64,000 nt of DNA from Bugula neritina (Eukaryota; Animalia; Bryozoa): assembly GCA_964035545.1 (NCBI GenBank), contig OZ037768.1, forward strand, positions 2,140,741-2,204,740, given 5' to 3'. The position numbers and the translations under genes are program-made. Positions 12,198-25,600 of this stretch are shown piece by piece (the stretch's first letter is position 1; each line of letters opens with the position of its first letter). A model generated the notes under the pieces. It was not told the DNA's origin and did no database searches. It saw nothing but the letters and a program-made list of their open reading frames with translations.

Positions 12198-12507
12198 AGG
12201 GGGCTCTGTTTATAGGCCCTCTATGGTATCGAAATATACCAAATGCATATAAGCCCCCTATGAGCAGCCCCCTATGAAACCACATTTAAGAATATATATA
12301 TATATATATAGATATCTTTCCTGCAGTGGAGTCTAATGCAATGCCATTGTCTAGTCTGAAAAAGTGTATAGTGGACTCACTATTTAGCTTTCTCTTATTA
12401 TGTCAGCAAGTATAGTACTGCAGTGAATACAGAAACTTGGTAAAAAGAAAGCCCAAATTACATTGAAAAATTATTTGACAACATTTAATAAAAGACACTT
12501 TATACTG

Positions 12508-12849
12508 CAGGGCTGCCCAACAGGCAGCCACAGGGCCGAATGTGGTTCCCCCACCTATATATGTGTGGCCCTCAAAGGCATAAAACTCAAATTATGTTTC
12601 ACACATAAAACATGAATTAAAATGAAAAAAACCCCTTTAAATGTCTTATTTATACACATGCTATAAAACATGCAGCCTGCAGTAATTATTGGGACTTTAT
12701 TTTGCAATGATTCATAAGAGCTTGAAAGGAAATAGTTTAAACAATATTGATGCTGTGGCCCCTAGAGCGAGCTAAAGCTTTCAATCTGGCCCTTGCCATG
12801 AAATACTTCTTTTCAGTAGCCCTCGCTCTGAAAAGGTTGGACACCCCTG
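12508..12849. mobile_element. Non-autonomous hAT (Charlie-like) DNA transposon / MITE
   Basis: Terminal inverted repeats CAGGGCTGCCCAAC...GTTGGACACCCCTG and subterminal TGTGGCCC motifs. Flanks CTTTATAC(tg) and CTTTATAG resemble a degraded 8-bp target site duplication. Confidence 0.7.
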
Positions 12850-13235
12850 CTTTATAGACATGTGTGCGTGTTCTAAAATTAAGTAAGGGTAAGGTTTCCG
12901 TTTTATGCACATGGATCTGAAACACTTGCTTCAAGCACTTTTGTTTCTAGAAAGTACAACATTTGGACATTATGATTTATTGAGCTTTTTTTATTGATAT
13001 TCACTTCAAGTTATTTGATCTGTAAGCAAGCTTTCTGTGCATATAAATTTCTAATTGTAATAACATTTAGTTAGTTCATCATACTTTTTCAGAAATTTAA
13101 ACATGTTAAACAATTAGAAAACTAGTAGTAATGAGCATATTACAACCAATTGCTCATATCTTATAGATAAAAGAACATGTCCAAGATGAATAGTGACTCA
13201 TTAAAGGTTAAACATGTAAATAGTATTATATTGTA

Positions 13236-16200
13236 TCAAATTTGGGAGCAGATAGGTACAGCGTTTTCAGCCTGCAATGGAGTGAAAATGTCACATAAAC
13301 TGTGTCCATTTTGAAGGTGAAGGTTAAACTGGTCCTCAGTGAATTTCTCCTTGATCTGCCTGCAACACAACCAACACTCTTCATGCAAGGAGTTTACCAG
13401 AGTGTCAATTACTAGGATGTGATACTTAAAGCCTAATCATAGACTCACATCACAAGTAAATATTTGTAGTCCCATGAGCCGTAGTTGGAATCACTTTGAT
13501 GATTATGATATATGGTTCCATGTATCACCAACAATATTACCTGATGGACCGGCTACATTTCATACTTCAGCTTTTTGTTATAAGACTCTTATATGGTTAA
13601 TTAAAATGATTATAGCTACCTACTCATTGAGTCCGGCCACATAGTAAAACTTGGGTTTGGGCATTCCGTTGAAGGAAGAACTGATAGCTGTACTGTATGC
13701 CCCCATATCCTTAAAAATGATCCAATCACCATCAAACAGTTCTGGAAGAAGCACATCATCTAAAATCTTATCCACTCCATTACAAGCTGGACCCCAGATG
13801 GTTGAAGAATACAGCTTACCAAAACGCTGGTTGAATGCTAGAATAAAAATGCCACAAGTTATAAAATTCTCAATGAGATACAAAAAAATACTATGTTAAA
13901 TAATATAATACAATAAATAGTCGACCAACAAAACCTACTAGCAACACTTGGTGGTTGATCTGTAATTTTGAGCAGGAACTCATAGAATGAACCAAAGACA
14001 CCGTCATTGACGTAATACTCCATCTTACAAAGTGAACCATCTTCTTGTTCAACAACTCGCTTAGCAATAACATGTACAGTTAGAGTATAGGCACTGGCTA
14101 CGAAGAATCTGCCAGGTTCAGATATAATCTCTACTCCACAGCCAACAGGGAAATGCTCATCAATAGCCCCATTCAGTTCCACTGCAATCTGTAACAATCA
14201 GAAGAGAGTGTGTCTCTACATACTCTGATCATAAGTTGACGGCTATAATTTTTATTCTGAAAGCCATAACTGTATTCGTATTGAAATCGTTTAAGTTTTA
14301 TTAGTTTTTAAATTTAAAAATATCCAGCTCAAAGTCTGTGTATCTTATGAATGTGATTTAGCGAATATCTGGGCAAAGTGAGTTGTATAAATTTATCATG
14401 GGGTGTTAACGCTGACAGAAGAGCAGCCATATTTGTTTATATTATAACTCAGCAACAGGGTGCATGTGCAGCTGGCAAGAGTTGTAGAGGAATTGCCTTC
14501 CTTTAAGAAAAGACAACTTTGCACCAATTGTATAAAATTGCGTGGTTTTTCATTCGATGTATAGGAATGTAGTGTTGGATTCCTAAATAAATTGTACCTC
14601 TTCAATGGTGATCTGAGCTACTGAAGTTCCAGGAAAACCACCGCCAACATCCAGCAGTTTCATGTCAAAACCGTAAGACAAGCCAACATCAAACGCCTTT
14701 CTTGCATCTTCCACTGCCTTACGAAAGACCATCGGGTCATAGCAGCCACTTCCCACGTGGAAACTATTAATTACGGTAGAAGAGTATCTTGATAACTGAA
14801 TGTTTACTGTGTAAGGATGAAACCTAAGAGCTGAAGTTCACAGTAAGGCTTTGCAAAATCAGCTGCTTTAAAACTACCTGACTCCAACAACTTTTAGCTT
14901 GAGTTCTTTAGCTAGACTAAGGAGCTTGGGCACATCATCAGCTTTACACCCGAACTTGTCACCCACAGACCATTGAAGTTTTTCTGTAGGTGGTGGCAAA
15001 ATTCTGATCACCAAGCTATAAACACACAATAAACATGACAATTTGAAAAGTTATTTCAAATAAAAAATGAATTTAGAAGGCAGCACTATAATAAAGATTG
15101 TATTTAATCATTGGTGTAAATTGTATTGTGTCTAAGTAAAAGTGGATTGAAATTGAAGTGTTTTGGTGAATGACAGACTTCATAAAGTGTGACAACCCTT
15201 CAAAATTTGTATTTATAGTCTAGACTCTAGAGTTTAGACTATAGAGTCTAGACAAGTGGACCAGTGGGGAAAGTTGGATATCCTCTCTCAAATCACGCTG
15301 GCCATGTGCCGTGGGGGAGGGGAGATAACTTTAATCATGTTAACTAACCTTGCAGTTGGAAAGCAGCGTTGTATTTTCCTCAACTCTGCCTCATTGTCAA
15401 AAGTCATCAAATCTACTCCAACTTCCTCGGAATAGCAGATGCTGCTGACCTGTTTGCAAGGATGTGCATAAATGATTTGATCTGCAGTCACGCCTAGAGC
15501 CAACATTGTTTGTATCTCAGCCTACAATAGTTCCATCAGGAGTTGTGTTCCACCAGCAGGAACTTTGTATTGGCAATTTCAATAAGCACCAAACCAGGAG
15601 GCATAACTCCAATATTCATCAAAGCTGTTGAGGTTGTACTAAATAACGCCAAGAGATTGTTATTTAAACCGAATTCAATGTAACAACTTAGTCTTTTTAT
15701 TTAAATTACCTAGTTTGAATATAATTTTATTATTTTGTACTATTGGAGAATATTATATTCACAGGGTTAAAGTTTACCTATGGGGTATGCTGTAATGTTG
15801 GATATTTGCAATATATAAGCTTTGCAAGCCTTCCTACTTCAAACATTTCGATAAACTGTAAAACTTATAAATTCTAAAAATGAAAGATCTAATTAATTAA
15901 CAGACTTTTCAACATTTTACTCTGGCCAAGTAGCTTGCAGCACTTGAAACAAGAGTTAGTTAGTACTTAGTAGTATACTCATTATGAGCCAGCTCTCCCA
16001 TATGAGTGATAGCAAGTTTCAAATGAATTTAATTGGTTGAATTTAATACAAAACTGAACAAATCATGTTGCTTTGAATGCTTTCCAACCAACAAACAGGA
16101 ATATGCATAATTAAATTGTTTTAAAATGTTTATTAATATTACTCTGTTTACCGTGACAACTGTGAAACCATCACAATTTATTATGATAGATATTAAACAA

Positions 16201-17880
16201 ATTCAAGAGATAAGGCATACATGTGATAATTGTTCAGCAACTTAAATCTAAATTTTCCACATCTAAATGAGGTTAGGGCAGTAAATAATGGAGAAATAGA
16301 CACTATTTCAATCCCCACTACTCAAGTTATAATTAACAGTAGTGTCCCATTAGGTAGTGCATATTTTAGCCTTTTTATATAGAGAGTCTTACTGCAAATC
16401 TACAGTTTTACTGCTACATAACTATATGCTATATACTTGATCTTTCAGGAAATGAATATTGTTGATAGTAACACACACATATAAGTATTTCAAAAAGATA
16501 TTTAATAGTATTTCTCCAAAGTAAATTTTGAAAAGAAAATTGAACGTGAAAGCATTTTTGTGGTCATTTATTTAGTGAGAAGTGCTGCAGTGGCAGCTAA
16601 GAGATAAATGCCCTTAAGCATTCGATGTGCTGGCTGCCACCACTCTGGTTAATAAAAGCTTGACTAAGGTGTGCACTTGCCAAGGGAGCACAGCTTTCAA
16701 TTATAAATTGAGCATCAGGGAATTTGGATACTTAGAAAAGCCTGTGTCCATGGAGCAAAAGACATTAACTGCCCTACCAAAAGTTATTAAAAGTTAAAGA
16801 GCTTAGGCTAGTGAAATTTCTCTTCACTTAAGTGATTGATAGAAATTACTGTTGATACCTACCTTACTAGCACAGTCAAACCCACAACCCAGCTGTACCA
16901 GGAGGTTCAACAGCACTGGATCAGGGTTACACTTGACAGCTGTAAACAGATTCAAATTTTAAGGCAGATTTTATTGCAGTTGCCAAACTAAGATTTACAA
17001 ACACCTAGATGAAGGAAATATTAAACTTAGTAGGTATTAAAAAGCAATCTAATGGTTTGTAAATAAATGTTAGTGTAGACTGTTACAATTGTAAGCAGAT
17101 TTCATTCTGCCTGTCAAACTAAGATTTACAAAAAAATTCAACAATTGAATTAGTTTAGAAATTTGAGCTTTATGCTTGAGTGTGCACTGAAGTGTTTAGT
17201 AAACTACAGCAAACTGGGGACTAATTTTACATTCATCAGCATAACGTTACCATTTTCATGTCACTGTAAGGTTGTACTTTATAGGTAATGAGACAATTTA
17301 CCATAAAAGGGTTTAATTCTAGGGAAGATTCTTTTCCAAACCTTGTACTTTCTTGTCACATCACCAAGATCACATATGAAGAAGGCATCGTCACTTTTCT
17401 AATGTGAAATCAGAAAATAATGTTGGTATTTGCCTTCTTTGAAGATTCAAAACTTGAGAAAACTATTTTTTTTTAATTTCTAAACACAGCAATCTGAGTG
17501 TTGTACTCAGGCCTAGTTGAAAATTTGAGGTAAGTGCAGTATAATGAAGAAATTGAGAAAAGCCTGTGTTCTAGATCAGAAATATAGCAAAAGAAGTTAT
17601 GTTCTGAGGAAAATTCCAACCTGCGACTAAACCAAAATTTATTATAAAATTAGAGAACTTAGGACTTAGACTATCTCAATTTCTTCACTTCTGCTCTTAA
17701 ATGCAAATTTGCAGTTAATATGTAATACAGCCAAATTCTGAGGAAATGACTACTGCAACATTGAATAGTCCATACTTCTACCTGCTGGACATGATCTCTA
17801 ATCTTCTGGTCAATTACTTCAGGAATGGTCGAGCCTGGCTTCACAAAGTTAATGTCAGATTTCAACAGTTGTGCAGCCAT
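13236..17880 (-). CDS. ODC-B: ornithine decarboxylase-like paralogue, altered substrate pocket (WGPACNGVD). Exons 17880-17782, 17398-17302, 16939-16863, 15521-15349, 15015-14878, 14763-14598, 14188-13939, 13837-13624, 13359-13236.
   Basis: Open spliced frame with [41 protein letters not shown] and FNG. Confidence 0.9.
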
Positions 17881-18135
17881 CACAAGGTTTTAGTCTACAC
17901 TCAGCGAACTTTCAATAAAAGATGATTTTAACATCAACATTTTGTGTTATAAACAGGATATATGACAGGATGTATGCAGTCTGTTGACATGTTTAGGTTT
18001 ATGTTTATATTTAGAACAATGTCTGTATATTATATGCATCAATAGTAGACTAATAGAAGCATCATAACATGGAGAAATGAAAACATTGTGAAATAGAAAT
18101 ATTGCAAAATATTGAATGATTAAATAAAGTATTAC

Positions 18136-18211
18136 CTGAACCAATAGAACACTTTCAGTTTGAAAAGTACATATAAACTAACTTTGAAGATACAAGTTTA
18201 GTTCATTTATA
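18136..18211 (-). promoter_or_regulatory. Putative TATA promoter and short non-coding first exon of ODC-B
   Basis: TATAAA at 18211-18206 and donor CAG|GTAATA at 18136; paralogous to 11419-11494. Confidence 0.6.
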
Positions 18212-19641
18212 GCAATTCAGCAATATATGTATGTCGATGGCTAATTGGCAAAAACTTATAATGTAAGTAGTACAAGGTTGAAACTCTATACCTTTGCATA
18301 CATATTTGGATTTTTATCATTATTTCTGTCAGTATATCATTGTTACATAGCCTTTACAAATCTCAACAGTTTTGAAGTGAATTTTGAAAGTCAATCAGAA
18401 TGCTGATTTCCAGTATTACTACGTAAAATAGCTACTTCAGAGATACATATTGCCTGAAGCTTATTTTTTTTCAATACACTAAAGTTTAAAAGGTTGGAAT
18501 AAAAGAGGTTTTTTGTGTTAAATATGACTTACTTAGTAGTCTTATGTTGAATTTCTGGCTTAATCAGTGTTGCACGCTTTGCTCTTCATCTCCAATAGCC
18601 GAATTTTTGCAGGGCAGTCCTGGTGACTAGCCAATCAAACCAAATCTACTCGTACTGCAAACCCTAATATATTTCAATCTGCACATCTACCAGTTCAATT
18701 GAACAGAAACACAACTCCAATCAAATGAATAAAAGTTTGAGCTCAAGAAAAATTAGCATATTACACAGTATCCTGCTAAATCGCTAGATGCAGTACCAAG
18801 TTTGAGTTCATTGAGTGTGGTACTTGTATAAACATCTATTCTATGTCCGAACCAAACTCTCTACCCCAGATCACCTCAAACCACTTTAGTCAGTGACTAC
18901 CAAGTTTGTGCTGCAGCTAACGATTTCCCAACTTCAGTGAACATGAATCTGCTTCCAATTCATAAAGTATAAGCATGCTAAGCGATGAACTGGAGAAAAT
19001 ATTTCTAGTTTAGTGATGATAAAACCCACTTTTGCATAGCCTAAGGCTATAACATTTAGACCTACTCCATCACATCATTGAGAGTAAATTGTGCATTAAC
19101 ATTTATATTGATGTTTGATATTATATATATTATCTTTCTGATAGTGCAGTCTAATGCAATGCCACTGTCTGGTCTGCAATGTTATTTAGCTTTACGATGG
19201 TTTTATTGAGGCTGGTGAAAATGTGATACATATATAAATATGCAATGGATTTTCAGGCACAACTGAGAACTTGAGCAGACAACCGCTATTATAACTTGAG
19301 GTGCATTTCCTGAACAAGATTGATCAGCATATTTTAGAATTTGCTTGCAGGCTGAATAAAAATTATTTGTCCCATGCCAAGTTAACCCTTCCTATTAGTT
19401 GCAGCGCTTCAACCTTTGAGCTAACTTGAGAATTCATGTTGAGGGGTTGTCAATCTCGATGATATTTCTATCACAAGATGTGTGAGCAGTGTAGATATCA
19501 TAGGTAGCTTTTAAGAAGCTTTTGCTTTGTGCACAGATATTCTCACAACTACAGTTTGAATAATTTAAATCAATTTATTAAATAATAGGAACAGGAATAA
19601 CCATAGTTGACTGGCCAGCAACTTCTATCAAAAAAAAAATA

Positions 19642-22600
19642 TTATCGCAAAGTTGGGGAACAGAGAGGCATAACATTTTCGGCATGCAGTGGAGTGAAGG
19701 CTTCACACACGCTGTGTCCACTTTGAAGGTGAAGATTGAACTGATCCTCAGCAGATTTTCCCACAGACCCATTGGACACCCTATAAATAACAATACAGCT
19801 GATGACATACAAGTATAACAAATCAGACACGTGTTGATAACTTTCGATTCTTATGTAAAGAATTTGGGCCCATATTTTGACATTGTGTTGATAACAAGAC
19901 AGCTTGTGCTACTGCAATGGACAAAGTTCATATTATTATGGCCCAAACCCCATGACTGATTGCCAATCAAGTGTAAAGTAAACAAAGAGTAGACAGTGAG
20001 AGTATGGGAGCTATTGCTACTTACCCAGTGAGGTTAAGCTCTGCCACGTAGTACAGCTTTGGTTTGGGCATACCATTGAAGCAGGAGCCGGCAGCGAGGG
20101 TGTACGCCCCCATGTCCTTGAAGACAATCCAGTCACCGTCATACAGCTCTGGCAGTACCACCTCCTCACAGATCTTATCTAGTCCGTCACAAGTGGGACC
20201 CCAGATGCTTGAGGAATACAGCTCATCAGAATGCTGGCTGAATGCTGAAGAAATAAACAAATAGGAGACAACTTCCAAAAGAGGCTGTGGTCAGGACGAC
20301 AAGCAGATGTCTGAAAGTAGAATAACTTACAGGGAATACTGGGTGCTTGCTCGGCGTGGTCATAGAGGAGGTTGTTAAAGGAGCCGTACACACCGTCGTT
20401 GACGTAATACATCATCATAGAGGAGTTACCTTCTCTCTCAACAACTCGCTTAGCAATAACATGTACAGTGAGAGTATAGGCACTGGCGGCAAAGAATCTG
20501 CCAGGTTCAGATATAATCTCTACTCCACAGCCAACAGGGAAATGCTCATCAATAGCCCCATTCAGTTCCACTGCAATCTGTAACAATCAGGTGACTGATT
20601 ATGTTGTGCCACCAACAAAAACTAGAACTTTTTACTCTGTAAATCATATTGTCACAAAACTGTTGGTAGCAGTGTGACGAGTTCGAAAAGTCTGGTAGTC
20701 AGAAGTGTATAGACAAGTAGCATACAGCTTGCTAATCCAGTTGTGAGTAAATAGAGTTGCGAATATAAGTAGACTTTATTTCTCGAGTAAGATATGCGCA
20801 GATGAACTTATAAAAATGAACTCCAAGAATGAACTTATAAAAAGGAACTGATTCGTAAACACAACTGCCTCAGTATTTATAGTAAACAAAACACTCTAGA
20901 ACATTCTCAAGCATTCCAGTATAGAAGATTCTAGTAGAAAACATTCTCCACATGCCAATACTATTTATAGAAAATCAAAACAAAACAAAACATTGGAATT
21001 TCCATGGTTATTTCGCAATTATTGCGCAATACCTTGTTTACATTGCTGGGCAGTAGTTAACATGACTAACCAAAACAGTAACAATGAACAATGACCCATC
21101 TCTTTGATTAGTCTAGAATATTTATGAACATTCCTGTATAATCATTAGGAAAAACCCGGTAAGTCTATTTATAGGTATATGTACACTCAGAATTTGTGAC
21201 AACCCCCCATTCTAAGAGAAATTATCTTGATAATTTCTCCTTACTACTTAAAATTCTGAGTCAATTCGGCTTAGATAATCGGCTCCAACATTGTCCTTTC
21301 CTCTTGTTGACTCCACCTTGATTATGAAGTTCTGTAAATACATAGCCCATCTCATCACTCTGCTGTTTATTACTGTACAGGTCCAACAAATTATCTTCGC
21401 ATTCTTCTCTTTCCTTATCGTGATCAATAATTCCAGCACCAGCAGCATCTAGAGTCATTACAGCTCCAACAGTCATAGAGTCGGTAGGCGTCTCCCGCTC
21501 AAAATATTTCTTCAGCATGTTGGCATGGTATGTTCTCCTCTTGCCTTTAATGTTGATGATGTAGTCATTTAGTCTGACTTTCTCCTCAATATTGAATGGT
21601 CCTTGCCAATGCATCAGCAATTTATTTCCATCCGTAGGTAAAAGAATGAGCACTTTGTCACCAGATTTGAAGTCTCTCTGCTTAGCTTTCTTGTCAAAAT
21701 AGTGTTTGTATCTTTTTTGACTGTCTTTTAGCGAAGCTAGTGCCATCTCCATCATGTCATCTAAACGCTCTCTCAATTCAAAAACATGTTGATAGCAGGT
21801 CTTGACTTCATCGGCAGTGTCTTCTTTTGTCCAAAGTTGTCGCAGGATGTACATTGGTCCACGCACAGTTCTTCCATAGAGTAACTCGAATGGGGCGAAG
21901 CCTGTTGATTCCTGTGGGACTTCTCTATATGCAAATAGAGCCGCATTGATGAACCGATGCCACTGTCTTGGCTCTTTAGCACACAACTTTTTTAACATAC
22001 TCTTGAGGGTTCCGTTGAACTTTTCCACAAGTCCATTGGCCATTGCATGGTATGGTGAGGTAGGAAGTTGTCGCATGTCAAGTAATCTGGTAAACTCTTT
22101 CATGTAATCCGAGATGAATTGAGTTCCTTGGTCGCTTATCACCTCCTCTGGTATCCCAACACGACTGTATATGTCAAGCAGCGCTTCAGCTACAGTAGCT
22201 GAGTCAATGTTCTTCAATGGTGTAGCTTCAGGGTATCTTGTAGCATAGTCAACTAAAGTTAGGATGTAGCGGTGTCCTTTCTCACTTGGAGGGTTAATTG
22301 GTCCGACTAGGTCTATTGCACATCTCTTGAATGGGGTGTCAATTAGTGGTGTTTCCTGTACTGGAACTTTCATGACTGAGCCTTTTTTCACCGTCTTCTG
22401 GCAAATGTCACATGATTGACAGAAACGTACGACATCTCCGTTTAGTCCTGGCCAGAAGAAGTTGGAAAGCACTCTATCAGTGGTTTTCTTTACTCCTAGG
22501 TGTCCGCTCATTATGCAGTCATGAGCTTTCTGTAGAACTTCCTTCCTCAGAGAACTGGGTACCATGAGTTGTTTAACAGGTTTTACACTGAAAGACTTCG

Positions 22601-25600
22601 ATTCGGTGTACTCACGGTACAGAATCTTGTTTCTCACCACAAACCTGGTGGTGCATCCCTTTTTCTCCTTCACTTCTTTTGCATCGAAGAAACGCTCCAA
22701 TGTGGGGTCATCTCTCTGCAGTCTGGCTATTTCATCTTTCCCTATACTTAATGGGTTAGCATTTGAATCAATCATCAGGGGTTTGTCTCCTGACTTCTCC
22801 TTGACAGCTTGAGCTCTTGTGGTTACGGCGCAGTCCTTCCAGTTTTCCAGCGGCTGGTCAGCTGATCTCGCTCCGTCCACATTCCCAATAAGCAGGTCAC
22901 AAATCGTCTTGTCCATTACTGCAGCTTTGACGACACCATTGTAAAATGGTGAGCGCACTGAGATAAGTGCCCACTGAGCATCCCTAACACTTGCATCAGC
23001 CATCTTCAAATAAACTGATTCTCCAGTTAAATGTTGAGGTTGCACGTACTTTGCATTGACTACAATGCAACCACAGCCGGTGTCGCGCATTACAGTAGCT
23101 GGTTGGCCATTAATTTCCGCATCAAATATTGCTGTGCCCCCATCTTTGAATTTAGGTCCATTCTTGCAAACAGCAGCGTTGATAAACTTTTTACCATTAA
23201 CTGTGATTTCCATAGGTTCTTCCACTTCAGATGAGATTCCTGGATCTTTGACCACAGTCTTATTCTGAGTGGTCGCTATTGCAGCAGCAGCATGCACTGA
23301 CCTTCCACCATACTTTCTGCAGTCAGAAGTATTGTGATTGTTCATCTTGCAATGTGAACAGTACTTCTTCCCTCGCCGTGGGCAGTTACGAGCAATGTGT
23401 GACTTATCTTTGCAGATGAAGCATGCACCATCGCTTTTACTTCCTTGTTCAGCATTCATGCTATCGGCAGGTGTGTTTTCCATCCTTTTTGTATTAGTTT
23501 TCTTTGTCTTTGCTAGTTTCCTTCCACGAGCGTGCAAGAACAGTGACGCTGCATCACACATATCCTCACTGCTGTTGTAGGAACTTTGCTTTAAATGCAC
23601 AGCAAGGTCGTCTGGGCATGATGATATAAATTGTTCAGTCGCCACTAGTTTGGCTATGTCCATGCCCCCTGAAAGCTCCACCCACTTGTGCACATAACTT
23701 TCTATCCTAGTGAACAGTTGGGCAGGAGTTTCATCCTCGTAAGCTTCTGCCTCTCTGAGCTTTTTTCTGTAGCCCTCTTGAGTCAAGTTAAAGCGCTCCA
23801 ACAAGGCTTCTTTGACTTTTTTATAATCTCTACGATCGGTAGGTGACAACCGGATGTAAGCTTCTGTTGCTGTACCCCTTAGGTACTGACTGAGATGGTA
23901 GGGCCAATCTCCCTTGTCCCAGTTACATCCTTCGGCAACCCACTCGAACCGCTCTAAATAGCTATCCATTTCGTCCACCTTCTCATCAAAGAATGGTATT
24001 TTTGGTTTTGGTTTGTTAGCTATTTCTAACCTGGTGCTCTCATGTCTTGAGTGCTCCAAACTTGTGTTTGCTTTCAGCTTTTCCATATCTAATTCATGTC
24101 GTTGTCTTCTCTCTTCTGCCTCCTGGTCAGCTTTAATCTTGAGTGCCATTGCCTCCTGATCAGCTTTAACCTTGAGTGCCATTGCCTCCTGATCAGCTTT
24201 AACCTTGAATGCCGTTGCCTCCTGATCAGCTTTTATCTTCATCTCCATTAAGGCTTTCTCATTCTCTTGCCTGATCTTTTCCGCTTCACGCTCTAATCTA
24301 CGCTCCTCTCGATCCTTTTCTTTTTCCTCTCGGTCCTTTTCTTTTTCCTCTTGTGCAGCAACAATGGGCAGGTTCTTTTCAACAAAAGCTACGAGCTTGT
24401 CCTCCACTAATCCAAGATCTTTACCCATTTGTGTCACTCTCTCCAACAACGCCATAATGTCTCAACAACTGTTAATTAATCCTGTGTATACTCACGTTGT
24501 AACTGATAACTTCCCTGTGTGCGACTGAGACTTCCCGGAGCAGCCCCCAATTGTCACAAAACTGTTGGTAGCAGTGTGACGAGTTCGAAAAGTCTGGTAG
24601 TCAGAAGTGTATAGACAAGTAGCATACAGCTTGCTAATCCAGTTGTGAGTAAATAGAGTTGCGAATATAAGTAGACTTTATTTCTCGAGTAAGATATGCG
24701 CAGATGAACTTATAAAAATGAACTCCAAGAATGAACTTATAAAAAGGAACTGATTCGTAAACACAACTGCCTCAGTATTTATAGTAAACAAAACACTCTA
24801 GAACATTCTCAAGCATTCCAGTATAGAAGATTCTAGTAGAAAACATTCTCCACATGCCAATACTATTTATAGAAAATCAAAACAAAACAAAACATTGGAA
24901 TTTCCATGGTTATTTCGCAATTATTGCGCAATACCTTGTTTACATTGCTGGGCAGTAGTTAACATGACTAACCAAAACAGTAACAATGAACAATGACCCA
25001 TCTCTTTGATTAGTCTAGAATATTTATGAACATTCCTGTATAATCATTAGGAAAAACCCGGTAAGTCTATTTATAGGTATATGTACACTCAGAATTTGTG
25101 ACACATATTTATACTCCGGGAACTGTAGAGTATATTTAGACTTCCAGGATTAGCTGTACCTCTTCAATGGTGATCTGAGCTACTGAAGTTCCAGGAAAAC
25201 CACCGCCAACATCCAGCAACTTCATGTCAAAACCGTAAGACAAGCCAACATCAAACGCCTTTCTTGCATCTTCTACTGCCTTTCGAAATGCGATGGGATC
25301 ATAGCAGTCACTTCCCACGTGGAAACTGTTTAGAAGAAAAGCATCTGTTGAGTGTGTGCTGGATATAGTTACAGTATGTTTAGAGCAGATTATAACGAGA
25401 TTATACAAGAGCATATGTACTCATGCCATCTACACTCTGGTAAGAACAAGAAAACTTTCAACATAATTTGATAAGAAGATATCAGAGAGTAGAGCAAGAG
25501 AACCTTTCTACAGCCTACCTCACGCCTACAACTTCCAATCCGAGCTCAACGGCAAGACGGAAGAGCTTGTGGCAATCCTCAACTTCGCAGCCAAACTTAT

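Larger units (their letters stand above)
20650..25103 (-). mobile_element. Gypsy/Gmr1-like LTR retrotransposon, non-autonomous (RT deleted), inside an ODC-A intron
   Basis: Two 552-bp LTRs with TGTCACAAA...TTTGTGACA ends that look identical by eye. 5-bp TSD CATAT at 20645-20649 and 25104-25108. tRNA-Pro-like PBS TGGGGGCTGCTCCGGGA next to the 5' LTR; polypurine tract AGAATGGGGGGT next to the 3' LTR. Confidence 0.97.

Noticed and set aside
6230-17880. ODC-B and ODC-C as pseudogenes or haplotype duplication artefacts
   Set aside because: No stops or frameshifts were found in the spliced frames, splice sites are intact, and introns and key codons differ substantially between copies.
21248-21448. 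Programmed frameshift from integrase into a downstream pol frame
   Set aside because: The downstream frame holds only the end of RNase H, which is better explained by an internal deletion.
25300-25325. FHVGSDC instead of FHVGSGC in ODC-A as a sign of inactivation
   Set aside because: This position varies among group IV decarboxylases and all main catalytic and substrate residues are intact, so it is not enough evidence.
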